DNA of 61,739 nt, the filler included, from Sanchytrium tribonematis (taxonomy: Eukaryota), in NCBI GenBank assembly GCA_018985235.1. It is 14 parts of 14 records of this genome, joined end to end, with 100 filler letters (N's around TTAATTAATTAA, not from the genome) between each part and the next. Parts side by side here need not be neighbours in the genome. Positions count along the whole stretch, not along the records: positions 1 to 21,543 come from JADGIG010000091.1; positions 21,644 to 24,661 come from JADGIG010000931.1; 12 more parts are not named here. One strand, given 5' to 3'. Position 1 is the stretch's first letter. Each line of letters starts with the position of its first letter. The position numbers and the translations under genes were made by a program. Below the pieces are notes generated by a model. That model was given only the letters and a program-made list of their open reading frames with translations, ran no database searches and had not been told where the DNA came from. Positions 10,674-23,067 of this stretch are shown piece by piece.

Positions 10674-11974
10674 TTATAATACTTCGGACCCAGCATTTTT
10701 CTTAAGATTACATCTAGTAATGTCTTCAACATTTTCATCTTTGACCCACTTAGAAACTGCAATTGATCCTGATATTCCCATAAATATAAATCCAGCCGCA
10801 ATCACTATATAATTATTCCTAATGCTCTTATTACTACTTCCTAGTTTTAGATGAAGCACTGCCGGGTAGATGAATCCGATAGGAATACATCCAAAGGTTC
10901 CAATCACTGAAATTAATAAATCAAGAGATGAACTGGCCAAATATGCACCAATGCAAACAAAAGTTGTTAGAGAAACTCGTAATTTAGTTGATTGATTCAA
11001 CTGAAATATCGACTCCACAATTTCAAAAGCGGGAAATAGCTGCAATGGGACAGAAAAAATAATGGAAATCGAATATAAAATTTGGACGAGCAATAGCATA
11101 AAAGTGGATTGCAAATTTAGCAGAACTATTGATGCAGTGTTATTTCCAAAACTTATCGATGAAGTTATTGAAACAGCAAAATATAAGAACATTACGCACA
11201 AGATCGTCAACTTCAAAATTTTGGAGAAATCTTTTGGGTGTTCCATCGAGTTTTGTATAGGAACAACCAAACCAACTCCTATGTAAGCTTTAACGACCTT
11301 CAAAGGAATAAATCGCTGTTCCAAGAAATAAAAAGGCGTTAATCTGTTGCTAACACGAGCCGAACGCCATTGTCGACCATATGAAAGGCAGAGTTCCAAA
11401 TGATATAAAAACAACCATAAACTATCAAGGCACTAGCAATAATCATAGTTTTCGAAAGCATTTTCAAATCTTTCAGAAAGCACAGTGGAATATAAATTAG
11501 CAATTGAGGCATAATTAACAGCAAGTTGTCAACATGCTGCAGTTTGCAATCAGAAAAAAATTGGATTAAATCCAAACAATTTTGAGCTATAAATAAAATG
11601 TAAGCCATTGAAAATCCGATCTGAGATAGAAAAATAGACCACAAAATGCATGATCGAGTGCGAGTACCGTATAACTTACCGCCTATTTCCCAGTAAGTTC
11701 CTGAATGAATTATTGCGACCTCTCCTAAAAAGAGCATTCCTAAAGCAGATAGGTATGCCGAGGCACCCATCATGATTATTGATGGCACTAGTCCTGCCTT
11801 GGCGAATCCCCGAGGCAAAAATAAAACTCCCGTTCCAATAAAAGCCTTGAATAATAGAAAAAATGATTTTTTAGTTGTGTTTTTCGGTAAATCCAGGACA
11901 TCATTAACAAAAAGCTCCTCGGTTTCTGGCTTACTAATGTCCGGACTTGAATTTTTCAGCTTCGTGTATATCAT
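10674..11974 (-). CDS. Amino-acid transporter (Avt3/Avt4, SLC36-like); one clear intron and one unresolved frameshift near 11345
   Basis: FKAFIGTGVLFLP, SQIGF; spliced FLGTAIYSFEGVGLVVPIQ; PLQLFPA. Confidence 0.88.
11279..11297 (-). other. 19-nt intron
   Basis: GTCGTTAAAGCTTACATAG; restores YSFEGVGLVVP. Confidence 0.9.
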
Positions 11975-12028
11975 TTAGGAAAATTAAAAACAAAGTCTAC
12001 TCCAGCGTATCAGGAAATCCTTGTGATC

Positions 12029-12601
12029 TTATTTACTATTTTCCAATTGTTTGATTCCTAGTCCTATGCTGGAGTAAGGAAGAGCATTGATCATAGGCTC
12101 TCTTTCTGAAAATATTGTGTTTTCAAACCGAAAGCTATTAATTGGCCAGCATTTTTGAGATTGATGAGGTAACAAAGCCGTTGGGGTGGAAGTGGTTTCC
12201 CCTACAGATTTAATTGGGAGATAATATTCAGTGTCTAAACACTCTGCCTTTTCGATAGCAAGTGACCTTTCATTTATAGTGTTATATTCAAGAATGCGCA
12301 AATTCAAATCAAGAACATTCTTATGCTTAATCTGCTGGTCATCAGCATATTGAATAGAAAAATGTTTGTCTACACAAGGTTTGTAGCTAATTGATGCGGA
12401 CAGAGGTTGTTTCGAAAGTTGGGCCGTTTTACTAAAGACGTCAATATAATAATTGGGGCGATTGAGATTAAGCATTCTATTGTATGCAATAGTATCGCTA
12501 ATCTGTGGTTCAAAAGTCTCTGTATAATATGAAGGGAGTTCTTTCGCGTGCAGTGCGTTTGACAAGTTTTCATGAATCAAATCTAATTCTGATTGACTCA
12601 T
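12029..12601 (-). CDS. Hypothetical protein
   Basis: Open frame of about 190 codons from the ATG at 12601 within a gene-dense block; no recognised motif. Confidence 0.5.
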   Translation of the reverse strand: MSQSELDLIHENLSNALHAKELPSYYTETFEPQISDTIAYNRMLNLNRPNYYIDVFSKTAQLSKQPLSASISYKPCVDKHFSIQYADDQQIKHKNVLDLNLRILEYNTINERSLAIEKAECLDTEYYLPIKSVGETTSTPTALLPHQSQKCWPINSFRFENTIFSEREPMINALPYSSIGLGIKQLENSK

Positions 12602-12611
12602 AACAAAGGGG

Positions 12612-12968
12612 ATGGATTTTAAGAAAAATGTGGAGGATCTTCTTAATTCTGAAAGAAATGAACCATTTAAAATTTCTGAAACCTCAGAGAAACCAACCAA
12701 TATTGTTGTGAAGTATAGAAAAGTCCATTCAAAAAGTAGTGTGGCAGCCCCTTCTGCAGACTATCTCATTTATAAGGACTTAAGAGTCAAAAGCCTAAAA
12801 GAATCTCAAATTGCCAAAGAAATAGAATCGGAAACTAAAAGTCTCGAGGATTTTGATTCAAAAAGGCTAGCAAAAGCCTCGGAAGATTTAAAACGAACAC
12901 TAGTTCGTAAAGAGAAAAGGAGAAAGAAAAAATTTAAAGCTCTTCAACGCTTAAAAAGTAATAATTGA
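12612..12968 (+). CDS. PRKRIP1-like (DUF1168) protein, divergent
   Basis: KVHSKSSVAAPSADYLIYK resembles V.GSSAGAGSGEFHVY, followed by a charged helix and a KEKRRKKK tail. Confidence 0.55.
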   Translation: MDFKKNVEDLLNSERNEPFKISETSEKPTNIVVKYRKVHSKSSVAAPSADYLIYKDLRVKSLKESQIAKEIESETKSLEDFDSKRLAKASEDLKRTLVRKEKRRKKKFKALQRLKSNN

Positions 12969-13054
12969 TGTTGCTGCAGCTGCACATTTTGTTTCTAGGT
13001 TGCTTCAGTAAATTTTTATAAAAACATATTATCCAATCAAGGATCAAACTTGAG

Positions 13055-15134
13055 ATGTCATCTGCGGACCAATTGCAAATCATTCCTCTTGGTAGCGGCA
13101 GGGAGGTGGGTAGAAGCTGCCACATCATAAAATTCAAAGGCAAATGTATAATGCTTGATATGGGAATCCATCCTGCAAATAGCGGCATGGACGCTTTGCC
13201 TTTTATTGATAGTATAGATACAGGTGAAATAGATATTTGTTTGATAAGCCATTTTCATCTGGATCATTCTGCAGCATTAGCATATTTGTTGACTAAAACT
13301 TCATTTACGGGAAGAGTGTTCATGACACATCCCACCAAAGCCATTTATTCTTGGCTGCTTAGCGATTTCATTAAAGTAAGTAATGATCAACTATACACTG
13401 AAGAAGACCTTCAAGACTCATATGACCAGATAGAAACCATTGATTTTCATCAAACGATAGATGTCGAAGGAGTCCGAATCACAACATACTATGCTGGACA
13501 TGTATTAGGTGCTGCGACTTTTATGATTGAGATCGCTGGTGTGAAAATATTTTATACTGGTGACTATTCTCGAGAAGAAGATCGCCATCTCATGCCAGCG
13601 GAAATTCCATCTTCGAAACCAGATGTACTAATTTGTGAGGCCACTTACGGTGTTCAAACTCATGCACCACGAGCCGAGAGAGAAAATAGGCTAACTTCAT
13701 TGGTTCACAGGACTGTTGAACGCAATGGAAGATGTCTTATCCCTATATTTGCCCTTGGGAGAGCTCAAGAATTACTCTTAATATTAGACGAGTATTGGTC
13801 GAGACATCCTGAAATACAGCATATTCCACTTTATTATGCCAGCAATTTGGCCAAAAAATGCATAGCTGTTTATCAAACTTATATCAATCAGATGAATCGC
13901 CGAATAAGACTTCAGTTTGAAAGAAAAAATCCATTTGTTTTTAGATATATACAAAATTTGAGAGGTATGGACCAGTTTGATGATAAGGGTCCTTGTGTAG
14001 TACTTGCATCACCTGGTATGCTTCAAAACGGACTATCTAGAATTCTATTGGAAAAGTGGGGACCTGACAAGAAAAACGGAATCATTATTCCTGGTTATGT
14101 TGTCGAAGGAACGCTCGGAAATGTATTTTAATCTCATTTAGCTTATTCTGTCAGAGCCTAAAGAATTTCCTGCTATGAATGGATCTCGATTACCCTTGCG
14201 AGCATCTATTGACTACATTTCATTCTCGGCTCATGTCGACTTCATTCAAAACAAAGAATTCATCGAGGAACTAAATCCTTCTCACGTCGTGCTTGTTCAC
14301 GGAGAGTCCAATGGAATGCAGCGTCTATGCAATGCTTTGCTTTCGAATGTTGAGGCCAATGAATCTATAATACCGATCGATTCCAGTAATTTACATTACG
14401 AAGTTCATATGCCCAAAAACGCTGAAATACTCTCTTTGACATTTCGCGGTGAATTAAAAGCCAAAATCATTGGAACCCTTTCTTCAAACTTATCAAATTC
14501 AATTAGTGGACTTTTGGTTACAAAAGACCATATCAATACTATTATTTCTACTTCAGAGCTACTTCAATTTACGGACTTATCTTATTCCACGATTCATCAT
14601 CGTGTATATGTGGGTTGGAAAAATACACATACTACCGGTTGGGATTTTCTGTCTAATTCTCTCACCAGGGTGTTTGGGTCTCAAAATGTCCTGGTCTTTA
14701 AAAAACCCGTCAAAAACATTGAAATTAATTGTGTAAAAATATATGGTATTGAGATATTCCCAAAAGATGAACTATCGGACTTAGTCATCGAATGGACCGC
14801 GAATCCGTTTAATGACATGATCGCTGATGCTGTCATGATTTTAGTAATCCAAATCGAAACACTTCCGTTCTCTGTCACAGACTCAAATTCAGGTGTTAAA
14901 TCGGTAACTTTGAAGAAGGTAGTTGAGGATTCAAGAGAAATTGACCAGATGAACAAATGGAGCACCTTTTTTTCAAACCAATTTAATTGTACAATCAAAG
15001 AAAATAATTTACTACTAGAATTGGACGATGAGTTGGCTCTGTTTGACCCGATATTAATGTCGGTAAAAAGCGAGAGTGAGATTTTTCGAAAAAGGGTAGA
15101 GAATCTTGTTCAATTAGCAACCGCATATATTTAG
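13055..15134 (+). CDS. YSH1: CPSF73/Ysh1 pre-mRNA 3'-end endonuclease (2 exons)
   Basis: [44 protein letters not shown]; intron 14123-14141 joins the two ORFs. Confidence 0.96.
14123..14141 (+). other. 19-nt intron
   Basis: GTATTTTAATCTCATTTAG; restores [13 protein letters not shown]. Confidence 0.93.
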
Positions 15135-15144
15135 ACAGAATAAA

Positions 15145-15759
15145 TTATGATTTTACTAATACTCTGCATTTGACTGGCAATTTAAAGGCAGCTTGTTTAA
15201 GAGCTTCTAAAGCAGACATTTGCGGCAACCAGGTCTCCACTTGCTCAGCTGTAGGAATGGGCAACTGGATTCCTAACTTTGGCAAAGAAATCGGTTTGAG
15301 ATGTCGCAACATTGTTCTATTTTTATCTTTTTGCTGCAAAACCAGACCTGAAATATTAAAAGTAGAAGTAGGTGATAGATGCGCCATCATTGGATGGATG
15401 CCAATTTCAAATATAATTTTTCCTTTAGGTACCCTGGCGATATAATGATCGACGTCGCCTTTTCCTTTGCCCATTCTAACACCGATGGGTTTAGATGTCA
15501 CAGGTATGTCAGGTACAACCCGAAGAAACATTTGTAGATTCTTCACATTTAAAGTGCGTTTTACTGTTTTCCTCGCTGCTTCAAGCTGTTGAATAGTCAA
15601 ACGAGCACCATCCACGACTTGCAGTCCATACTGGCCATGTAGCAATTTGCATCCTTTAGTAGAGAGATCGACATTGACTGGGATTCGCCCTTTAAACTTT
15701 TTTCTATACTTGAATTTCTGAGGTTGCTGCAATTCTCTTAAATACCTTTTAAGAAACAT
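15145..15759 (-). CDS. MRPL16: Mitochondrial ribosomal protein L16 (uL16m)
   Basis: KYRKKFKGR, QLEAARK, RMGKGKG, GKIIFEI, KLPVKC. Confidence 0.92.
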   Translation of the reverse strand: MFLKRYLRELQQPQKFKYRKKFKGRIPVNVDLSTKGCKLLHGQYGLQVVDGARLTIQQLEAARKTVKRTLNVKNLQMFLRVVPDIPVTSKPIGVRMGKGKGDVDHYIARVPKGKIIFEIGIHPMMAHLSPTSTFNISGLVLQQKDKNRTMLRHLKPISLPKLGIQLPIPTAEQVETWLPQMSALEALKQAAFKLPVKCRVLVKS

Positions 15760-15860
15760 TCTCCTTTCGGTTGCAAGTTATTTTTTGTCAGCTAAGAACT
15801 CTGTGAAAACTAACAAAGCCACATGTCTCCCTGACACTATTCACTTTTTTATTTGATTTA

Positions 15861-16217
15861 ATGGACCAGCAAATTTCCAAACAAACCTTGACCAGTATTG
15901 AAATTAAGTTTAATAAATTTGTCAAGTCAGTCATAAACGAGCTCGATTTGTTGAAGAAACAAATTAAAAATATCCAAAATTCGAAGGTTGACAAGAGGAT
16001 CATATACAAATATGTTCAAAATTCACAGGAACCAGAAAAAGAAATTATCAAAAATTTACGTGCAAAGAATCAGATAAGCGAAGTTGAAATTGACCATTTG
16101 AGATCAATTATTACAAAATTAACTAATGAAAAAGAATATCAAAAGCAGGGTTATTTAGCAGAAATTAAGATTCTTAATGATGCCTTGAAAAATATGAATG
16201 ATGCTGTTGTGGAATAA
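15861..16217 (+). CDS. Hypothetical coiled-coil protein
   Basis: 118-aa heptad-rich ORF; its stop overlaps AATAAA. Confidence 0.55.
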   Translation: MDQQISKQTLTSIEIKFNKFVKSVINELDLLKKQIKNIQNSKVDKRIIYKYVQNSQEPEKEIIKNLRAKNQISEVEIDHLRSIITKLTNEKEYQKQGYLAEIKILNDALKNMNDAVVE

Positions 16218-16555
16218 TAAATTTAATCAATATGAGAAGTATTTTGCGAAGCTAATTTTAACTAACACCTGAATTTATTGATAATATTTTGCCTAGTCCA
16301 ACTGAAGCCCAGAGAAGTCAATATCATCTTAGCTCTTCCGGTGTTTATGGCGACATAAGATACCTATTAGGTTTACATCTGCAAAATCAGTCTTTCAGCC
16401 GTGACAAATATTATTTCCGTAAAGTGCTTACTTCTGATACCATGTAAATATGTATATAAAGGAGGTTTTTTTAGTGAAAATAGAACATATAGCCTTAGAT
16501 TTTTGCTTCATTAATAAATTTGTCCTCAATATTTCTCCGTCACACAGTTTCTTAA

Positions 16556-17489
16556 ATGAATATAGACGCTACAATTTCGAAATTAAATCAGAAAAAACTG
16601 CTCGAGGAAGACGAAATCCAAGAGCTGTACTATCTTGTAAGAGAGATCTTTATTAATGAAAGCAACGTACAGCAAGTATCAGCACCTGTAACCATTTGTG
16701 GAGACATCCATGGCCAATTTTATGACCTTTTGGAGCTATTTCTAGCTGGTGGAAATTGTCCCGTTACAAACTACTTATTTTTAGGTGACTATGTAGATCG
16801 TGGCTATGACAGTGTTGAAACTATTTTATTACTTGTTGCATTGAAATGTAGATATCCAGACAGAATTACTCTAGTAAGGGGAAATCACGAAAGTCGTCAA
16901 ATTACCTCTATATATGGATTTTATGACGAATGTATAAGGAAGTTCGGGAATGCAAATGTTTGGAGACTATGTTGCGACATCTTCGACTTACTGCCTTTAG
17001 CTGCAATTATAAATAATGAAATTTTATGCGTTCATGGAGGGCTATCTCCCTCAATTCAAAAAATTGATCATATACGCCTTATTGATAGAAAGGTTGAAGT
17101 TCCCCAATCTGGTCCATTTTCTGACTTATTGGTAATATTAAATAACGAAGTGGAGTGACCCAGATGATTCTGAAAAAGGCTGGCGACAATCATCTAGAGG
17201 TGCAGGCTATGTATTTGGTGAGGATGTCACCAAGAAGTTTATTCATCAAAATAAGATTCAGTTTATTACTCGCGCTCATCAATTAGTCATGGAAGGGTAC
17301 AAAGAGCATTTTAATGGCCAAGTAATCACGATCTGGTCAGCACCAAATTACTGCTACAGATGCGGAAATGTTGCCAGTGTACTTCAGCTTGATGAACATT
17401 TAAAAAAAAAATTCGTAGTATTTAAAGAAGCTCCCGAAAATATAAGAGGTCTCCAATCAAAACCTATTGTACCGGAGTATTTTCTATAA
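16556..17489 (+). CDS. PP2A-family Ser/Thr phosphatase catalytic subunit, PP4/Pph3-like (2 exons)
   Basis: GDIHGQ, GDYVDRG, RGNHE, DLL-WSDP after splicing, [16 protein letters not shown]-terminal EYFL. Confidence 0.95.
17132..17150 (+). other. 19-nt intron
   Basis: GTAATATTAAATAACGAAG; restores the conserved DLLWSDP. Confidence 0.95.
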
Positions 17490-17526
17490 AAAATTTATTG
17501 TATTAATTTAATTATATTAATTTAAT

Positions 17527-18162
17527 CTACTGAATTTGATTTTTTAATGGGCGATTTTCTGCATCTAACGCTGAATCTTTTACGAGCGTGAAATCCGAAG
17601 TAAAAGTAGTCTCAAGCAAATTCGTAATATGAGAAAGAATTCCGATATAGGATAAGTCTGACTGTGAACGCAATAATCCAAACTCATCAAATCGTACAAA
17701 AACATCAAGAGCTTCTTGTGGAAAAATTGCGTCATATTCAATAATTAATTGATTGGTATTCGCGCTGTTAAAGCTTTTGCAATGATATAAATGTATTAAT
17801 ATATCTCGTCGCAACCTCGTCGAAATTTCTTTTCGACAGCCAAAGCAAATAAACATGTTATCTTTGATAAAGTAGCCACAGTCCTCAAATACCCCAAAAT
17901 GTTGCAAATTTACATTGTAATTTTGATTCAGATTTCTATTCTTTAAGTGTTGAAGAGCCTCTACCTCTGGGCATGTTCTCAATTGCCCCGTCATAATTTG
18001 ATTCCCGTCCAACGAATGAATTCTACAATCGGGAGTGCCTAGTTGCTCCTTCTGCTTTATTTTATTCTCTGAATATAGGTCCTCAATGTAAATGTTATTC
18101 CAAGAGTCCACAAAGCTCTTTTTGCAACGCATACTAGACCTCATTAAATCTTTTCGGCACAA
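17527..18162 (-). CDS. Hypothetical protein with a possible BIR/C3HC-like zinc finger
   Basis: DCGYF...ICFGC...HLYHC; start codon uncertain. Confidence 0.45.
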   Translation of the reverse strand: MCRKDLMRSSMRCKKSFVDSWNNIYIEDLYSENKIKQKEQLGTPDCRIHSLDGNQIMTGQLRTCPEVEALQHLKNRNLNQNYNVNLQHFGVFEDCGYFIKDNMFICFGCRKEISTRLRRDILIHLYHCKSFNSANTNQLIIEYDAIFPQEALDVFVRFDEFGLLRSQSDLSYIGILSHITNLLETTFTSDFTLVKDSALDAENRPLKNQIQ

Positions 18163-18300
18163 AAGGGGCTGCTTATGATCACGATTTGATGCGAAGCTTG
18201 AGGTTTTCAGAATTGAGTAAATCTATGTACATTCCAATTCAAGTCAAAATTCCAAGTCGAACAGACATAAACAATCCAACGGGGTTGAGGGGCAGACATT

Positions 18301-19209
18301 ATGAGAGGAGATCGCGGAAGTTCAAGAGGCAGAGGTAATTCTAGAGGCAATGACAGAGGCGGAAGAGGAGTCTCAAAGTTTGGAGGCCCTAGAGGCGGCG
18401 GAAGAGGCGGAGATCGTGGCGGAAGAGGCGGAGGCCGAGGATTCTCTAGAGGTAGAGGTGGTCCCCGAGGCGGCCGCGGCGGAAGAGGTGGTAGTAAAAC
18501 TTTCATACAAAATCACAGGCATGCTGGAGTTTATATTGCCAAAGGTCGTGAAGATTTACTTGTTACAAAATCTGTTTCTCCTGGTGAAGTCGTGTATGGG
18601 GAAAAAATAGTAAAGATTGATGGAAATGAAGGCGAAAAGATTGAATATAGAGTATGGAATCCATTTAGATCTAAGTTAGCTGCTGCTATTTTAGGAGGAA
18701 TTGGAGAAATTGGAATCGCGCCTGGCAAGAAAGTGTTGTATTTGGGTGCGTCTGCTGGGACAACTGTCTCTCATGTCTCTGATATAGTTGGACCTAACGG
18801 TATAGTGTATGCAGTTGAATTTTCACATAGAGTCGGTAGAGAATTGATAAATATGGCCAAAAAAAGACCAAATGTGGTTCCAATTGTTGAAGATGCCAGA
18901 CATCCTCACAAATATCGCATGCTAATTTCAATGGTAGATGTGGTATTTGCAGATGTTGCTCAACCTGATCAAGGTCGAATTATTGCCTTGAATGCGCATC
19001 ACTTTTTAAAGGATGACGGATTAGTTGTCATTGCTATAAAAGCTAATTGCATTGACTCGACAATGGAAGCTACCAAAGTCTTTGCAAACGAAGTCAAAAA
19101 AATGCAAGAAGAGGGTGTTAAACCCAAGGAGCAACTTACTTTAGAACCATATGAACGAGATCATTGCGTTGTGGTTGGAAGTTATAGTGGTACAAAATCT
19201 AAGCAATAA
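18301..19209 (+). CDS. NOP1: Fibrillarin
   Basis: N-terminal RGG/GAR region, [40 protein letters not shown]. Confidence 0.98.
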   Translation: MRGDRGSSRGRGNSRGNDRGGRGVSKFGGPRGGGRGGDRGGRGGGRGFSRGRGGPRGGRGGRGGSKTFIQNHRHAGVYIAKGREDLLVTKSVSPGEVVYGEKIVKIDGNEGEKIEYRVWNPFRSKLAAAILGGIGEIGIAPGKKVLYLGASAGTTVSHVSDIVGPNGIVYAVEFSHRVGRELINMAKKRPNVVPIVEDARHPHKYRMLISMVDVVFADVAQPDQGRIIALNAHHFLKDDGLVVIAIKANCIDSTMEATKVFANEVKKMQEEGVKPKEQLTLEPYERDHCVVVGSYSGTKSKQ

Positions 19210-19211
19210 AT

Positions 19212-21234
19212 TTATTTGTCTACAGGCGGTATTTGATCATCAGTCAGACAGGATTCCCAAAATTCTCTTGTCCTTTTCAAGTCGGACAGAAAATCTCTAG
19301 TTTTTGGAAAAATTTTCATGATTGACTGAATTAAAGGGTTGCACATAAAATCGTTAAACGATATTCCTAAGCGAGCCTTCTGTGGGTAATTTCGATCCAT
19401 AAATCCACTTATAGGATAGTTTAATTTGCTTTCTTCATCTCCTTGCTGAAACATTTCTTCCTAAGTAAAGCAGAAATACTTGTATGGCTTCACCCCACCT
19501 CTTTGCCAAAGGTAGGGGTCTTAAAACATTGCTGATATCTGCGCACTTCATCAACATCTCTAAGCACCTAGTTCTGTGTTCCTTATCTTCTGGCTTGAAT
19601 GACTGCTCGCTTACAGTGATTTCATTAAATTTTCCCAAAACATTGACGTGCTTAGCAAGATCCGTGGCTAATATACATCGAATTATTATTGACCTTATTT
19701 GTAATCTATCTTCTGTGTCATAATTACTGAGTATTTCAAATTCGTTTAGTAGAAGGAATGCTTGGTGACAGTGATAATTTTCAAGAGGAGATTGATCATT
19801 GTATAACAAGGCCAATGGAGAGATTGTAGATATATGGAAAGTATTTGTTCTTCCGTCATGTCCAAGATCGTGACATAAGCAAGAAAGTAAGAAACCATAA
19901 GCCTCGTTTTCAGTAAATATTCCAAAGTCATTATTTTCCACATATCGAGTAATTAGTAAAAAGCCTGCTTGGGTCACATCGAAAGCATGATGAAAATTGT
20001 GATACGGATTAATTTTTGCTGAATATCCCTTGTAGACAGCGCAGCAAAATTGAGAAAAATTAACTCTTGAAATTTTCGAATATTTTAAGAATCCAACATG
20101 ATCGAATAAATCCACTAAAAATTTGATTAGCTCACTTGGGGTATAATCCCACACATGAAATGACCAGTCCTGCAACAATTCTAGTTTTTTTTTGTCAAAA
20201 TTATTTAATTCAACTTTAATTTTGTTGGTTTCTGGAGATCTTAACATATCTTTTGGTGATCTTGAACTTTCCGAGAGTGTATTTGTCAATAAAGATAGCC
20301 CTTGATGATAGTGTGTGTGGGAATCGTGCTTTTCGATGCCACCATGAGTGCTTTTTTCTACAATATTGTCCAATTGATCTTCCATACTGGAAATTAAAGG
20401 CACTGAAATTTCAATCGAATCTGTGGGGGATGTAGTATTACTCGGTATTGAATGGAACCTTTGGGAATCTCTTAGTCTAGTTTTATCTGACTTTGAGTTG
20501 AAAGAATGTTTTCTGTCTTTCCAATACAATAATCCTAAGCTACTTGCTCGACGTCTATTTCTTTGCATTTCAAAAGAAACTGATTCGGGAGTATCCCTAA
20601 GAACCTCTGTCGCAAGCCAAGACTTTGTTTCACGATCCAAGTCAGCGTCTAGTAGATTTTCAAAATACCTCAGAAAATCAGGTTTGTTTAAATCAGTTTT
20701 TTTTAAATCTTCAGCGATGTATTCCAGCATATTTCTGGTGCTGTCAGTGAGACTTTCCTGATTTAAAAGATTATTAATATTGTTGCTTATGGAGTTAATA
20801 GGCGTTATAACAGTTGAAGTGATATTATTTTTAAAATTTTTGATTTTTTCTTCCAACAGCGCTCGCTTCTTTTTTTCTTCTTGTAATTCGCAATGAAGTT
20901 CATATTCCCTATTTTTCCTGTATGCCAATTGTAAAATTGCATGTACTATCAAGCCAGTATCTTTCAGAAACATTTCCACCGGAAAAACAGCATCGGCAAT
21001 TTGCTTGTCTTTTCTCTTAAGCCAAGAATTTTTATTCTCATATACGTATATGATTGTAATAGGCTCGTGTAGATTTTTCAAGGTATCCCAAGAATTGGAT
21101 ATTACAATCTCTCCACTTTCCACTTCTCCTTGTATTTTAATATTTGTATGAATCAATTTTAGGCTCTCGTACAGGCGGTTATGATTTTGGTCTGATAAAT
21201 CTATTCTTAAATTGATTCCGATACTACCAGACAT
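19212..21234 (-). CDS. Class I cyclic-nucleotide phosphodiesterase (2 exons)
   Basis: NPYHNFHHA, CHDLGHDG, LENYH, ILATD, KCADISN; spliced AIQ-EEMFQQGDEE. Confidence 0.93.
19461..19479 (-). other. 19-nt intron
   Basis: GTATTTCTGCTTTACTTAG; restores EEMFQQGD. Confidence 0.93.
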
Positions 21235-21543
21235 TGTTTCAGATAGATTTGTAAAATTGAAAACTGCAAAACAAATTTATTTTAAAACCCAAAATGTAGG
21301 TTTTTTATTAGAATATTTAAGATCTTTGTTGTGATAAGAACATGAGCAGTAAAAACAGTCTTCTTGGGACTCTTTGAAGTATTTTTCAGAAATATTCGGA
21401 TAACATTCTCGAAGCTTTAATTTAGTGTCATTGAAGAACGAGTTTTTCCTGTGAAGGCAGTCCTGATCACATTTGAGGCATTTCAGTTTGGTATGATTTT
21501 CCATCACTAAATTTATATCTTTGAAGGAGGATACAATGGGGAG

Positions 21544-21643
21544 NNNNNNNNNNNNNNNNNNNNNNNNNNNNNNNNNNNNNNNNNNNNTTAATTAATTAAN
21601 NNNNNNNNNNNNNNNNNNNNNNNNNNNNNNNNNNNNNNNNNNN
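21544..21643. other. Artificial contig spacer (first of 13)
   Basis: N44-TTAATTAATTAA-N44; others start at 24662, 27778, 30877, 33989, 37093, 40193, 43292, 46387, 49477, 52565, 55624 and 58682. Confidence 0.99.
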
Positions 21644-22855
21644 TTGAAAACACCACTACGAAAGTCCATATTCGCGTAATTGACTTCTTAGTGATCCAGA
21701 TTTGGGCGCAGTCTGCCACCAACCAAATTGTGTGCAGCACTGATAGCCCCAATTTCCCATCGAAAGCGTGGGCCATTCCGACTGATTAATCTCCTTGATG
21801 ATTGCTAGATATTTCTCAATGAATGCCTCCAAGTCCAATTTTTGTTTTTTCAGTTTATTTTCTCGCTTTTTTAAATTTTCAATTTCTATTTCTTTCGAGT
21901 TTGTTTTATCTTCAGGGTTCAATTTTAATAATCTAGCAGATGCAAAGCCAAAATAAGATTGGAGGCTTTTAAAATCATCGTTTTCATCATCTGCTTCACC
22001 ATCATTCTCATCCAAGCCATGAGAATTGGAGCTATCTCTATTTTCCATAATTTCAGTCCCATTGCACAAGGAATTGATATATCCACTTGGAAAGTAATTA
22101 TATTGAATAATACCAGCAAAATCATCCGATAATTGAAATAAAAAATCGGCATCATCCATTTCTGTGGTTTGAAAGGTGTTCAATTTCCAGCTGTCAAATT
22201 TCTTTCTATCTTCTTTTTGAACTCTGTCCATTTCAATAGCCGCCAATTGAATCATTTTTCGACACCCTTCTGGCAAAGCACGGGCTACTACTTGGTCGTA
22301 TTCATAGAAATCTTCTTTTGCGTGTAATGGGGCGGAACTTGACCATCCTGTGTGGAACAGTTCAGGGTACTTGCCAACCGTGTAGTGCACAAGGGAGCCA
22401 GAGTAGCTACCTCCAATAAGAATCCATTTCTTGGTGGGGCCAAAGGAATTTGCAAAAGTGGCTAAATCTTCAACGGCCTCATCTGCAGTCACAAATTGTG
22501 TGGGAAATGAACTATTTAGTGCATATCCACGGTGTTCTACCCCGTATTGTACTGCATTGAGCCGCTTAGCTAGTCTACTCATTACAGCATCAGAATTTCT
22601 CACATTTAAAGGTCCTTCTCCACCAATGTATAATATGGCATATTCAGATACACTGCTAGACGGGATACTGTAATATGCTTGCTGCCATGTCTCTGCCAAG
22701 TTGGATTGAAAGTGGCTCACCGGTTGAGTGAAATATTTGAACGGGGAAGCTGTTTGACTAGAGATTTTCATCTTCATTTGTTTTCTATACTTTAAATCTT
22801 CCTGTCCGATCTTTGTGAGAATATCAACAGCGAGAACTAGAGAAAGCAGATGCAT
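21644..22855 (-). CDS. Peptidase S28 family serine carboxypeptidase; 3' end at the contig edge
   Basis: Signal-like leader, IGGEG, EHRGY, GGSYSG, SSAP, YQCCTQFGWWQT. Confidence 0.88.
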
Positions 22856-23067
22856 CAAGTATTTCCCCAAATGACTTCATCTGGATGGGATTAATGCGTC
22901 ATCGCTTAAAAACGTCCAGCGCGTGATCAAATCGTTTTCGAAAATGATTTTTTTAAACAAATATTTATTCTACCTGATAAATCAAGAAACCATCATTTGA
23001 GATTTACTCGTCACCAACGTGATTTTATTGAGATATTCGAATTCTAGGCCAAAAGTTTCACGATAAA

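Noticed and set aside
12018..12036. 17-nt GT-AG segment that might join the 12029 ORF to the transporter
   Set aside because: It lacks the -8 T and -6 A, and splicing it leads to a stop within a few codons.
16230..16447. Possible C/D snoRNA or small ORF between genes
   Set aside because: There is no canonical C box or recognisable rRNA guide, and the open frame has no usable start codon or consensus intron.
18207..18610. Pro-rich and Glu/Ala-rich ORFs
   Set aside because: These are shadow frames of the fibrillarin RGG region.
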